A model generated the notes under the pieces. It was not told the DNA's origin. It saw only the letters and a program-made list of their open reading frames with translations, and made no database searches. Below, in pieces: positions 30,152-43,925 of a stretch of 64,000 nucleotides of DNA. Position 1 is the first letter of the stretch. The number at the start of each line of letters is the position of its first letter. This stretch comes from the human T2T-CHM13v2.0 reference genome, Homo sapiens: the NCBI RefSeq assembly GCF_009914755.1, contig NC_060936.1, one strand, 5' to 3'. The translations under genes were made by a program, and so were the position numbers.

Positions 30152-30762
30152 TTAAGTTGGAAAGATTACTTGATTTTGACTTTTTTTTTCTGGTCAGTCA
30201 TGCATAATCACAGTATGAAATGGACCAAAAAATTACTATGAACCTGGTTTACTCCAATTGTTCCAACTCTGAGAATATGATGTAATGTATCTTTCTAAAC
30301 TCAAGTTTAGAAACTCAAGAATAATAGACCAGGCTCAGATGTAAGTTTGGCTTTGAAGCCTTTCCTCCCTTCCCTGACTAGAGGGAATTATTCTCTTCCA
30401 TGTGCTATCACAGCATGTTGTTGAGACCCCTAAAATAACAACCAAGAAATATTATAATTATGTACACACACGTATGCTTGCCTTGTCTATTACACTAGAG
30501 GCACTTTGAGGTCAGAAGAAGTTCCTTTCTTAATTTGTTTTTCATTTCCCTCCACTAGAATGTAAACTCCATGAAGTCAGAGAATTTTGTTTTGCTGTAT
30601 GATTATGCATGTCAATGCAGAACAGCCAGAAACACATAAATATTAGCTAGTTTGGTTTTCTAAGGGTCATGATAGCAAGCCTAGATGGATGAGATATATG
30701 AATGTATGACTTGTTTATATTCTCTACACATTTCCAAGATGGACTTTTAAAATAACTGAATT

Positions 30763-30800
30763 CCGACCAGCCTGGCCAACATGGTGAAACCTGTCTCTAC

Positions 30801-30851
<51 letters not shown>
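30763..30851 (+). mobile_element. ~40 bp Alu left-arm fragment followed by (CA)24
   Basis: gaccagcctggccaacatggtgaaacctgtctctac, then CA repeat 30805-30852. Flanked by ataa(c/t)tgaatt at 30752-30762 and 30852-30862. Confidence 0.85.
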
Positions 30852-30854
<3 letters not shown>

Positions 30855-33800
30855 ATTGAATTGCCAATTTGAATATAAGAAACTATACTTGTACTTTTGA
30901 TGGTGGAAAACAACAAAGTAAAATGGAGCCCCTGTCTAATTTTAGGCTTTCAGTCCAGACCATCATGTGTATGAGATGGGGGAAGTAAGATGAAAAACTA
31001 ATGTGACAATTGGCTGGAGAAAGGATATCAGACTGGGAGTGGGAAGAACTGAGTTTAAGTGTTGGCCATGTGACTTCTGGATAGTCATTTAACCTCTTCT
31101 CTGGGCCTCTGTTGCCTCATTAAGTAAAATAAGGGGGTTTCTCAGCTCCTACTTAAGTGTTGGCAGTTTATGATTCTGTAAATCTTACAGCCAAAATCAG
31201 GGGCATGTATAGGAGATATAGTTAAGAGATGGTTGAGAGAGAGACTTGATCTGTGTAATGGGGAAAATAATTCTAGCTTTGCCCAACTGTAAAGAATAGA
31301 AATAATGTATGTTATCATGCCCATTAGAATTCTGAATATCAGTTGCTCAAAAAAGTGATGCCCAGATTGTTAAATTCTACTAAATGACCAGGAAAGGAAG
31401 AGTTGCTATTAAGATACAGAATAAGATTAGTGTGACTAATTAATTGGGATGTTTTTACAAAAAGGGTGATACTGATAAGCTAGCTCTTGGAGAATGGGGG
31501 AATTTTGACAAAAAAAAATGAAAGGAGATGAAGTCCTGTGTTCTGAGTACAGATATGCAAGACTGTGGAGGTAGGAAGAGAAATGGAATCTTTAGCAGGG
31601 AGGGACAAAGACGGGATAGTAATTATGATGAAGATAAAGAAAAAATAAGTACAGATGGTAAAACATTTTAGATTAAACTAGGCTTCTAAACTACAAAATC
31701 TGTAACAGCAAACCCAGTTTGACTTTTAAATATAATAGTATATTTTATCTTCATCATTATCTTTCACAATTTGGGAACAGTAGCATAATTAGAAGTAACA
31801 AATCAAATCTGTCAGCGCTAAACTCACTCCTATAGTTAAAAAACATTTGTTGGGTTAGGAAGATTCCTGAAGTTGATTACAGATTCTTTCTTGTGACCTG
31901 GATTCCCAAAGCTGAATAATATCAAGGAATTGCTATTAAAATACAAGACCGTTTTACAAAATCTGAGGAATCCAAAGCACGCAAATGCCAAAACTGCCTA
32001 CTCAGTGTGGGTTCCAATGGTTAGACCTGTGGCTAAGTCGTGGAGGAGTGTGGGCAGACCTGGGAGGCTGTGACCTGGTCCATGTCATGGTCAAATCAGT
32101 CACTATCTCAGTTTCTCATTTATTCCTCCCTTGGAGTGAAAATGGCAAGAAAAAATGTCTGTAACGAGTCCATCAGGACTATTGAACAGTTAGATATTCC
32201 TCACCTTTATTCTTCTAAGGATTTAAATCTTATTAGAGCCCTACATTAAGTTCCAGATTAAAACAACTATTTAATTGAATTACACAAATTGACTACCTCA
32301 AGAGAGAAGCTTTGACATAATGCCCCCCAAGGGATCTCTTTAGCCACATGTGCTGTATATAAAATGGCATATTGGTGATATAGCAATGATACTTTTTAGT
32401 AATAAACATTATTGAATGGGGGCACAAGGCAGACCTGTGTAAGCAATATGGTTGAGGAAGGAATCAAATTTTGAGATCTTATGAAACAATAAAAAAGGAG
32501 GCAACAAAGAAGACATAACTATTTCCAGAGGAATACACGATTAGGATGTATATTTATTAAATGAGGAATATAAATGCATAGCTTACATAAACCAGTAACA
32601 TGTGGATTAAAATGAGACACAAAAAGGGAGAAAAACTAGCCTGAATGAACTATTTTTCTACTACTAGAGAGTAGTAGACCAAATGGACCAGTGCTCTGAC
32701 ATGAGAGAAGCTTAATGCAAAGCAACACACTTTTAACTGTTTATTTTTGAAAGAATTCTGCTTATGCCCTATTTAAATTTCATTACTGTTGCCTCATTTT
32801 TCTCATGGTTTTCTGGCAGGATAAATTCAAGAAAGAGGAGCTTTGCTGTCAAAAGTATAATCATGTAAACTTTTATTATTTGGTCTATGCCTTTCTATGA
32901 AAAATGCTTTCTCAGGATGCGAGCATATACTTAGGTCTTCAAATATTTAAGTGTTCTCTAGAATCAGTAAATACGAGGAAATATTTATTGTGCTCGTATT
33001 TATTATGTCATGAAGATAAGTTTATGAATTTATCGAAAAATTTTAATTGCCAAATGGGATCCAGCTGAATATACTAAATATATATCCAGTTTAAAATGCC
33101 AGTGCATTTCCTTTCCAAGAAAATAAATATTTCAAATGTCTTAAGTGGTGATTAGGAGAGAGAAGAGTTTTATGAAGATAATAAAAGCATTAGATAAATA
33201 CCATTAACTAAAAGCAAATACCAGTTCAGCATGGTCAGAAGAGATGGGGAATAGATTTTTATAATGTTTCATCATATTCACCATTCATCTGCAAAATTTA
33301 TCCATGTATTTATTCATTTGACAAACACTTTTTGGTGCTTATCAGGTGAACAGGATGCCTTGGCAGGAACTGGGAATGTAACAATGAACAAGGCACAGTC
33401 CTGGCCCTCCAGGGATTTATAGTCTACTAGAGAGAGCTAGGGGCAGACAAACCTGTTCTTGCAAAGAGAAATGATAAGTGGCCAGAGCACAGAGTAAAGA
33501 GATTGCGGGGAGATGAGAGAAGCTCTTCTGGGAGAATGGTCTAAGCAGCAGGCATTCCGTCTCTACCACATGGACTTATGAGGATATTAGAATGAAACCT
33601 CATACTTCATCATGAATAATCCTATTGCAACCTATAAAGTCATGTGAACAATGCAGAAATCTTTTTTCTAAAAAGCAAAGTCTTTTCCTGACTCAGCCAC
33701 TAAGCACTATTGTTTTTCATTTTGAATTATGGCCTCCATACATTTGCATTTGAATACTTCCGTCATGTTTACACTTTTGCAAGTGGTAAGTACTGGTCTC

Positions 33801-34337
33801 AGAGGACACTGAAATGCACAAGCACTGGCCTGAGCAGCACAGGTGATACAGTGGAAGGTATGGCCACAGCACAGCATACTGTTAAGCATTTGAGGAAGCT
33901 ACTTTCAGCCCTACGCAGATTCTGCTCTTGGACTGGACGCTATGCCTGTCACAGGACATCTCATTGGCCCTAGACTCCCTGCCTACATCTTTTTACCATT
34001 TTCTGTTTTTTTTGTTTGTTTGTTTCTGTGAAACTAAAAGCTATGGTGTAAAGACTTCCACCTGGGGAGATAGCTGGGAGATGTCTGAGTTGGGAGAGGG
34101 GTTGGGTGACAGCCCTAAGCACTGTGGAACAAGAAGCAGTGCTGTTTAGGATAGGAGAATCCCTCTCTTCTTTCCCAGACACATTTCCGATGCCTTTGGA
34201 GGACAAGAAAGCCACATGGAGATACTTATAACAGCAAAATATAACCACATAGTCTCAATCACAAATGATATTATAGTGTATCTAAAAATAGTGATAAAAA
34301 TAAAAACAAAACTATGTTAGAAAAAATATTATCTTAC

Positions 34338-34490
34338 CATAGTATGTAAGATACTCTGCTGTGTGTAAAAATGTTAGTGAAACCAGGACATTGAAAATCC
34401 AGTTTATTCCAGATGAACATGCATTTCCTGTACTTCTTGCCCAAAGGGGATATATTTCAGAATTCACAGTCCAAGGCATTGGTCCCATTC
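34338..34490 (-). CDS. SLC2A13: SLC2A13 penultimate coding exon (153 nt, phase 1-1)
   Basis: Acceptor tttatttctcag|GAATGG and donor TATG|gtaaga. Encodes [52 protein letters not shown] (sugar-porter GPxPW...E.P..R motif, TM11). Confidence 0.97.
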
Positions 34491-34614
34491 CTGAGAAATA
34501 AAACATTAAAAACTTTAGTAAAATAGCATGTAAGAAATTTGAAAAATTATAGTTTATCTACTCCAAAAAGAGGCAATTCAATTAATGCAACAGTATAACA
34601 AAGTCTTTGTTTAC

Positions 34615-34736
34615 CAGGTGCAAAGAAGACAAGATATAAAATAAGGCCCAGAAGTGCAGTCCAGGAGTATGGAGTAGGGCAGAAATTGTAAGCCCAAAAT
34701 ATATCTTCTGTTTTGAACTTGGTTTCATTTTCACAC
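34615..34736 (-). CDS. SLC2A13: SLC2A13 antepenultimate coding exon (122 nt); absent from the ORF track
   Basis: Acceptor attatttttcag|GTGTGAA and donor CCTG|gtaaac. Translates (R)[41 protein letters not shown], covering the end of the large extracellular loop (N-E-T sequon) and TM10. It splices in frame to the next exon across a 124 nt intron (34491-34614). Confidence 0.95.
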
Positions 34737-35598
34737 CTGAAAAATAATGCAATATAAGTATTAACTTAATGTTTTTGACTACAGTTGCAGAAATTCAATA
34801 TGATCATATTTATGTATTTGGAAATTCCTTAATGTCTTAAGAGTCCAAAATGTTTTTCTTAAAAAATAAGAACTAAATATACAGTATTAGATATGCGAGC
34901 TTGTATAGCAATTTTACAGCCAAGTATAATTCAAGAGCAAAACAAAGACACCGTGTTTTATAACCATTTCACATAAATTAGACATGATTTCTAATTAGTC
35001 CCTGGAAGCTGCAGTAACACTTCAGTACCACTGAGAGTCAGTATGTGGCAGTGAAAAGACCATGGCATTTGCAATCATGACAAGATTCAAATTTCAGAGC
35101 CAGATACTTTTCATCTGATAAAATGGGGATAATACTTTGTAGACTATTTTAAGGATTAGAAGAGTAACCTGTAAAGGGTGATGGGGTGGATGAGGGAAAC
35201 AAATGATTCTATCTGATTCCAAATAGCCCTCTCCCTTTCTGCTCCGTGTCCTTGCTTCTCTACCAGTCACTCCCTGATGACCTTGCCTTCTTAATCCATA
35301 GTAAAGCAAAGGGTCCTACAGTTTAGATCCATTCTGAAGTTGAACTTCCAGTTCTTTACCTTAATTGCCCCTGAAGATATTACCAGACTCAAAAACATTC
35401 CTATCCCCTATTGTCAATTTAGAGTATTGTTCTGTCTCCTTCAACCTCTATCTTTGAACCTTGTCATCCAAGCCCTATTGTTACCATATTTATGAACTCA
35501 TCATAACATTCCACCTGTCTTGATGATTTGGGTGCCTGCTCAGTCTACCTCCTCTCATCCCCTGCCACATTCATTTATTTTTAATTCATTGGCCTCAT

Positions 35599-35876
35599 TT
35601 AAAAAAATTATTTTATTTAAGTTCCAGGACACATGCACAGGATGTGCAGGTTTGTTACATAGGTAAATGCGTGCTGTAGTGGTTTGCTGTGCCTATCAAC
35701 CCATCACCTAGGTATTAAGCCCCATGTGCATTAGCTATTTATCCTGATGCTCTCCCTCCTCCCAGCCCCCACAGGCCCTAGTGTGCATTGTTTCCTTCTC
35801 TGTGTCCATGTGTTCTCATTGTTCAGCTCCCAATTATATGTGAAAACACGCAGTGTGTGGTTTTCTGTGCTCCGTA
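35599..35876 (-). mobile_element. 5'-truncated older L1PA 3' end
   Basis: gtgcaggtttgttacataggtaaa...ccatcacctaggtattaagcc. 17 bp TSD taat(t/g)cattggcctcat at 35582-35598 and 35877-35893. Confidence 0.9.
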
Positions 35877-36110
35877 TAATGCATTGGCCTCATAGTTCCT
35901 TATTTAATCTCCAACACTACAGAGACAGCACTTTATAGTTTCCTTGATTTGGAACTATTTTACTTCAGACTTTGAGCCTTCCTTTTCTGATCACAACCAC
36001 CACTTTGTTTATCTCCTCATTTCTGATCATCTGTGCTACACCCAGATCTGCCTTTGGATTATCCTTTCAGTATTCGTTTACCTCACTGCTCAGCTTAGAC
36101 CACGCCAATA

Positions 36111-38827
36111 CAGGCATAGCTTGGAGATATTGCGAGGTCAGTTCCAGACCACTGCAATAAAGTGGGTCACACGGATTTTTTGGTTTCCCACTACATATAA
36201 AAGTTATGTTCCCATGAAAGTGCAGTCTATTAAGTGTTCAATAACATTGTCTAAAAATGTACAAACCTTAATTTTAAAATATTTTGATAAAAAATGCTAA
36301 CGATCATCTGCACCTTTCACAAGTCATCATCTTTTTGGTGGAGGGTCTTGCCTCAATGTTGAGGGCTGCTGACTGATTAGGGTAGTAGTTGCTGAAGGCT
36401 GGGGTGGCTGTGGCAATTTCTCAAAATAAGACAACTGGGAAGTTTGCCAAATTGACTGACTTTTCCCTTCACTAAATATTTCTCTGTAGCATGCATTTTA
36501 CCCAGATAACTTCTTTCAAAATTGGAGTCAATCCTCTCAAACTCTGCTACTGCTTTGTCAACTAAGTTCGTGTGATACTGTAAATCCTTTGATATCATTT
36601 CAACAATGTTCATAGCACTTTCACCAGGAGTAGATTCCATCTCAGAAACTACTTTCTTTGTTCCTCCTTAAGAAACAACTCCTTATCCGTTCAAGTTTTA
36701 TCATGAGATTGCAGCAATTCAGTCACATCTTTAGGCTTCGCTTCTACAATAGTTCTCTTGCTGTTTTCCACTATATCTGAAGTTACTTTCTCCCCTAAAG
36801 TCTTCAGCCCTTTAAAGTCATCCATAAAGGTTGGAACAACTTCTTGCAAACTTCCAAACTGTTCATTTGGTATTTTGACCTCCTCCCATGAATCACGAAT
36901 GTTTTTAATAGCATCCAGAATAGTGAATCCTTTCCAGAAGATTTTCACTTTACTTGGCCCAGATCCATCTGAGAAATCACTATCTATGGCAGCTATGGCC
37001 TTATGAAATGCATTTTTTAAATAATAAGACTTGAAAGTTGAAGTGACTCCTTGATCCATGGGCTGCAGAATGGATGCTGTGTTAGCAGGTATGAAAACAA
37101 CATTCATCTTGTACATCTCCATCAGAGCCCTTGAGTGACCAGTGTCATTGTCAATCAGCAGTAATATTTTGAAAGGAATCTTTTTTTTTTTTTTCCTGAG
37201 CAGTAGGTCTCCATAGTGGCTTAAAATATTCTCCAAACTATGCTGTAAATATAAGTGCTGTCGTCCAGGTTTTGTTGTTTCGTTTTAGAGCACAGGCTGA
37301 ATAGATTTAGCCCTTCTTAAGGGCTTTAGGATTTTTGGAGCGGCAAATGAGCATTGGCTTCAACTTAAAAGTCACCAGCTGCATTATCTCCTAACAAGAG
37401 ACCCAGCCTGTCCTTTGAAGCTAGACATTGACTTCTCCTCTCTAGCTATGAGAGTCCTGGATGGTATCTTCTTCCAACAGAAGGCAGTTTCATCTACATT
37501 GAAAAATCTGTTGTTTAGTATAGCCACCTGATATGGTTTGGCTGTGTCTTCACCCAAATCTCATTTTGAATTGCAGTTCCCATAGTCTCCACGTTGTGGG
37601 AGAAACCCAGTGGGAGGTAATTGAATCACGGGGGTGGTTACCCTCATGCTGTTCTCATGATTGTGAGTGAGTTCTCATGAGATCTGAAGGTTTTATAATG
37701 GGCTTTTCCCCTTTTTACTTGGCACTTCTCCTTCCTTTCGCCATGTGAAGAGGACATGTTTGCTTCCCCTTCCTCCATGATTGTAAGTTTTCTGAGGCTT
37801 CCCCAGCCCTGCAGAACTGTGAGTCAATTAAATCTCTTTCCTTTATAAACTACCCAGTCTCAGGCAGTTATTTATAGCAGTGTGAGACCAGACTAATACA
37901 TCACCTTTATTAGTTATCTTAGGTAGATGTTCTGGATAACTTGACGCAGCTTCTCCATCAGCACTTGCTGCCTCACCTTGCAATAAGGTGTGAAGTGAAA
38001 ACAGCTTCTTTCCTTAAACCTCATGAACCAACCTCTGCTAGCCTCAAACTTTTCTTCTGCAGCTTCCTCACCTCTCTCAGCCTTCATAGAATTAAATGGA
38101 ATTAGAGACTTATTCTGGATTAGGCTTGTGCTTAAGGGAATGTTGTGGCTGGTTTGATCGTCTATCCAGACCACTCAAACTTTTTTCATATCGGCAATAA
38201 GGCTGTTTCACTTTCTTATCATTTGTGTGTTCACTGGAGTGGCACTTTTAATATCCTTTAAGAATTTTCTTTTGTAGTCACAATTTGGCTATTTGGTGCA
38301 AGAGGCCTAGCTTTCAGCCTATCTCAGCTTTCAATATGCCTTCCTCATTAAGCTCAATTATTTCTAGCTTTTGATTTAAAGTGAGAGTCGTGCTACTATT
38401 CCTATCACTTGAACATTTAGAGGCCATTGTAGAGTTATTAACTGTAGTGTCTTAGGGAATAGAGAGGCTCCAGGAGAGGGAGACAAAGAAGGAAACAGCT
38501 GGTTGGTGGAGTGGTCAGAACACACACAACATTTATAATTAAGTTTGACGTCTTATACGGGTGCAGTTTGTGATGCCCGACAACAATTACAATAGTAACA
38601 TTAAAGATCACTGATCATCATAGCAGATATGATAATGAAAAAGTCTGAAATAATGTGAGAATTACCAAAATGTGACATAAAGACACTAAATGAGCACATA
38701 CTATTGGAAATATGGTGACAATAGACTGGCTTGATGCAGGGCTGCCAGAAACCTTCAGTTTGTAAAACAAAATGCAATGTCTGTGAAGTGCAATGATGGC
38801 AAACACAATAAAATGAAGTATATACTG
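36111..38827 (-). mobile_element. Near full-length Tigger1 (TcMar-pogo) with decayed transposase
   Basis: TA|caggcatagcttggagatattgcg terminus with matching right end ...aaatgaagtatatactg. Transposase peptides include KILLLIDN...[15 protein letters not shown] (DDE region, 36691-37236) and [15 protein letters not shown] (CENP-B-type HTH, 37914-38174). Confidence 0.93.
37529..37900 (+). mobile_element. THE1/MST-type MaLR solo LTR inserted in Tigger1
   Basis: tgatatggtttggctgtgtc...gactaataca, with a 5 bp TSD (c/t)cacc. Confidence 0.92.
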
Positions 38828-41048
38828 TCTTCACTAGCCTCTAGAATCCATTCTTCCTCTATTTTTGTCTGCCATTTTTCACCATTTGAGTTCCCAACCC
38901 GGTGTGGCTTATTAACTTCTTTCAACAACCACTTCTCAGAAACTGAGCAGTGTTATGAAACCATGCTGTTGGGCTGTATTAAAAGTTCATGCCATTTTAT
39001 CTCAGTTGGTTCCCTAATGATGCTTATTTTATCCTTTATTGTCTTCTCTACTGAATTATCTGCTTATCTAAGAGTAGACATTCCATAAACTTTTGTCAAC
39101 TATTGCCTCAATTAATTAAAATATTTCTTACTATCTTGTAATCCTGAAATCTTTCCTTCTGTTTCCTATGTGACGAACTTACCTCCTTTTTTTGGAAGAT
39201 TTATCAATTTCAGTTGAGAAAAATAAAATAAAACCAGGAATTTGGAGATGCTTTGTAGGACTTGATACATTTGAATCTGAAGAACAGATCTTTTAACAAC
39301 TGGAATTCTTTTAAAAGAATTGAAGATCATTACTTTGAACATCAATTTTTCTCTATCAGCTTCTACTTTTCTATATTTTTCTCTCAATATTTGAGAAAAG
39401 AAAGTTTTTTAAAAAACATTGTAGGTGTAGGCTTCCTTCCTCCCTCCGGTGGTACAAGTCTGTCACCCTTTCTGAGGACTGCCCTTCTTATCAGTGTTCT
39501 TGCATCTCATTCTCCTGCCTCCTCTGGGGTCACGTTCCATCAATATCTCTTCTTTTCCTGCCCTATTTAGTTTCATCCTACTTGAGCCTTCCCTTCTGTC
39601 TACAATACACAAGATCTCTCTTACTCAAATGTTCAACTCCTCTCATATTACCACAACTAGCTCTCCTGAAATACCAGAAGTTTATACTCACGAGCTCTAC
39701 CTGACTACACAATCCTTCTTTCACAGCCCAACTCTCCCACCCTCCCAGATGCTGGCTAACTTTTATGTGGTCTTTTTCCTGGATGTGTTCAAACAAAAGT
39801 CATCAATTAGCTCCTAACATACAAATTCAGGTTTCTTGTCTTAATCTTGATGCTCTTTGATTACTCTGTGGTGCTTGACATTGCTGACAACTCTCCTTCC
39901 TTCTCTTCCCTCTTTGCTTTTATATCTGTATCTCCATTTTAGCTCTCTGACCTATATGTATTCATTGCTTTTTAAACTGCCTCTTCCTCTTCTCAACCTC
40001 TAAATATAGGTGTCCTCTAAGGTTCTATTTTGGGACCTATACCCTCTCTCATAATCATCTCATCTAATTTTAGGACTTTATAATTTCCATGTGGATGCTC
40101 CTCAATAGTTTATTCTGGCCTTGATCTTTCTTCCAAGTTCCACTGATGGAATTTAGGTACCTAAGTACCTAAAATAGCAGAGTTGCTATGAACATCTAGA
40201 TCCTGCCATGGCCTCAAATGCAATATGACTACAACGAAATGACCTCTCCAGAAGGCAGCATGGGGCTGCTCTGAGTTCAAATCGTGACTCTACCACTTAA
40301 TAGCCATATTCATTCAAAAGCTTATATAATGAGCACTTTTTATGCATCAGACATTAGCAATAACAGTTATGAACAAAATACCAACCAGTGCATTTGTAGA
40401 ACCTTGAGTTTAGCGGGCACTGGCATGGTCCTGTTTCCTGATCTGTGAGATCGGGGAAAGAACTGTATCATGGGCTGTTGTGAACATTAAATATTCCCAT
40501 CTGGATAAGCATAGAGCATCTGCACACGCAGTGCTTAGCATACTGCCTGGCATGTGGTATATGCATAGCATAAGTATTACTTTACTAGTGCCCCTCATGA
40601 CATTTCTATTTTAGTTAACACCACCTTACCCTAAATTGGAATGGTTTAAAATCTTGCAGTTATTTTCATTTTCCTCTTATCCACTTCTCTTAGGTCCTTT
40701 ATACTTTTAAGTCCAAGTAAAGAAAAGTGGCCAAGACTAGGAGCTTTGGTATTGACATCCTAGGTTCAGATCTAGGCTGGGACACCCAGGTAAAGCTAGG
40801 ATATATGTGGCCTCTAGGTGTAATATCTCAAAGCTGTGTCATCATCTGTGAAATAAGGATTTTCCTGGTACCTACCTCAAAGGGCTATTTTGATGCTTAT
40901 GTTAGAGAACGTACACAAAGAATTTCACATGATATAGGCAAGAAACCATATTTCCTAGACATAATTTCTTGAATCTGACTTTTCTATTTGCATTAACACC
41001 ATCCTAATTTAGACTCCGAGTGTGTGTCCCATCACCTGCCTCTGCCTC

Positions 41049-41560
41049 TGCGGGAGAGAGACTCTAGAGTAACCCTGATGGTTCCTATTTTCTGATTTTC
41101 ATGCCTTGTGTAGTTCCTTTTTCTGGAGTGTGGGAGTGACCTTGGATTTGCTTCCGACCAACAGAATATGGCAAAGGTGACAGGACATATGTGATTAAGT
41201 AAGTAAGATTCCAGTGCTGTTGAGCTGAAGTCTCTCATTCCCTTGCTGGTTTTGGAGAAGCAAGTCGCCATGCTGTAGGATGCCTATGCTGGGAGATTTG
41301 TGGAAGGAACTGAGGGCAGCCTCTGTCCAACAGCAAGCAAGAAACTGAAGTCCTCAGCACAAAACCACAAATTACTGAATTCTGCTAACAAAAATGAATC
41401 CTTCTCCAGCTGAGCCTTAGAGGAAACCATAGCTCCAGTCTGTGCATTGATTGTAGGCTTGTGAGGCCCTAAGCAGAGGACACACCTAAGCTATGCCTGC
41501 ATTCCTGACCCACAGGAAGTGCTATATTATTAATGTGTGTTGCAGTAGTAAATGAATACA
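41049..41560 (+). mobile_element. MLT1-type solo LTR
   Basis: acagaatatggcaaaggtga...aaggaactgagggcagcctct...agcaagaaactga...attcctgacccacag. Confidence 0.8.
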
Positions 41561-43925
41561 GTTTCCTGATTTTCCTGCTCCTATCATTCCTTTCTTCAAA
41601 CTCATACGCCACCAAGTTAAGCGCCCTGACCACCTCACTGCTCAAAAACCTCCATCCTCCTTATTCCAGCAGTCTACAAAATGGCCTGCAAAATGTGGCT
41701 GCAGCCTACCTTATCTTGTACTCCTGTACACAATCCTTTTATGCAACTAAACTAAATTACTTATTTTCTGAACCTACAGTCTAGACCCAGTATCTCCTAC
41801 TCATGACGTTTCCTGTAACTGAAGGCAAACTCTTACTCTTGATATCTACTGTCAGTATCTACCATCAATTCCTACCTCATCACCCAAGGCCTGTGTGGAT
41901 GCTACCCATTCACCTGTCCGAGATATTCTCTCCTCCTCTCAACTCCTTTTCACTTTCCTCATTTATGTCATTATCATATAGTGCTCTGTATGGTCATATA
42001 TTAATATACTCCTTCTTCTACGGTACTGAGATTTCATCCCAGGGAGTACAGCATGGCACAAGGGTCAAGAGCACAGGGTCTAATGTCAGACTGCATGAGT
42101 TTGTATCTCAGTTCTCTCCCTTACCAGCTTTGTAACTTTGGCCAAGTTACTTAACCTCTCTGTGTCTCAATTTTCTTGTAAAATAAGAGTCCATATAGGG
42201 TTGTTACAAAGATTAAACAAGGTGATAACTGCTTGGCACATAGAAAGCAATTTATAAGGGCTTGCCAAAAGAATAATCACCGTGCTATTTTTTTTTTAAA
42301 TCTCAACCTATTGTCCATCATAATACCCTATGTAGAGATAAATGTTCCTTGAATGATGAAGCTTTTACATTTGCATTTGTTTAATTGTGAGTAGAAAACA
42401 GCATTAGATGTCCCTTGACCAATAATCCCCAGCAATGAAATAGTCTTTTGAGTCATGAAGATTTAAGAAAATAGGAAAGGAAAGAAAAAAGAGAAGAAGA
42501 AAGAAAAAAGAAAGGCAGGCAGGTAGGCAGGCTCCTGTAAGGAGGAATACTTACAAATAATGAAATAACTAAGATTCACTGAACAATTTTCTATTTACTC
42601 TTTTCGTTATTATCACAGTTCCAAGGGTGATCTCCTGCTGTGGCAATGAAGTAGGATATTTTAGAGTGGACTCTGTGCTTGCCCTGATGAAGCTTTTTGC
42701 CATCTGGCTATGCACGTTTACATGTGCAAAAAAAAGGCCAAGTAGCTCCTCATCCTCATGCTGATTTTGGGAAGGCACTGCAGGCACTAACTTGGCAGAG
42801 TTACATACTCAGCAATACGTAGATAGCTAATGACTGAGAATGTGACATCACACCTGACCTTCAAAATATAAACACTAGAAATACCAACTAAAAAATAAAA
42901 ATGCAGATTTCAAACATTATTGCAAAATATCCTCATGCTTTCCTGGCAACTGCTGGTAGAAGAACATAATGCTCCCGAAAAGGAACAAAAATACTTTGAC
43001 ATCAGTGTGTGGGCTGGGATTAGAAAAAGTCATGCTCTTGGATGTGGCACCTTTTCACCACATCCTAGAGCAAAACCTGAAAATGACTGCAATAATGGGA
43101 AGCTGCTCAGAGGGCACTGCAGTGGACAAAGCAGCAGAATTGCATGCAATCAGGTGAAATATGTCTCATTTTGGCTGAGTGAGAGAACTAATCCTTACCA
43201 GCAGAATGACTAGGCTAAAACCTGATATACAGACCAAATAAATAATCGGTTCCCTGTTCCAATCATGGAATACACAGAACTCCCTTTAGTAATAACATGT
43301 AGAAATTAACAGCTCCCTTTGAAGGTGGAACAATGCTCCCCTGCCCACTCAACACCCACCAAACCTAGTTCATACGTAGATCTATTTCTGCCTTTTAAAA
43401 TGTTACCTCTCCATCATTTATCTTTAGAGTTTCAAACCTAAGAAATAACCAAAGGAACTTAAGCAGTGCAAATATACAACTGTTCTTGCTAGTTAGCCAT
43501 AAGTAGTATATTCCTTGCTTCCTACACAGCACATGCTGTCTATATTGCCCCTTTATTCTCCATGATGAAATAATTTGACTGCTCCAGGCTTATATATGGG
43601 AGTAGAGGAAAAGAAATATGACCTGTGTATAAAAACCAAAACTTCCAACTTCATATATTGAGTCCTAATCACTGATAAATGTATGAAACTTAGTTCCCTT
43701 CCCAAAGAGTTTATAAAAGATCCAGAATTTTAGAAAAGGGGAGAGCTTACTACAGTTCGTGTGACACATCTACCATCGTTCTACTGGGCTTACTGCACAA
43801 GCTTGCTAATTCATTACTGAGGAGTGTCAGTGAAGCACGATTTTATTTCCAGTTCCTGACGCAGGACTGTGATTTTTCTGGACAAGGTCCCTAAGCTATC
43901 ACCTCAAAACATAGATATCCCTCTA

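Larger units (their letters stand above)
35200..42030 (+). mobile_element. Long fragmented L2 fossil hosting nested L1PA, Tigger1/THE1, MIR and MLT1 insertions
   Basis: Pyrimidine-rich blocks at ~35200-36100, ~38830-40250 and ~41560-42030. At ~39840-39900 there is a remnant of the L2 RT motif LILLDLSAAFDTVDH. Continuity across the blocks is inferred. Confidence 0.55.

Noticed and set aside
42470-42532. Purine-rich (GAAA/GGCA) tract
   Set aside because: Ordinary low-complexity simple repeat.
42560-43300. Repeat-free intronic stretch with TGACATCA motifs as an enhancer
   Set aside because: Short motifs are not sufficient without conservation or chromatin data.
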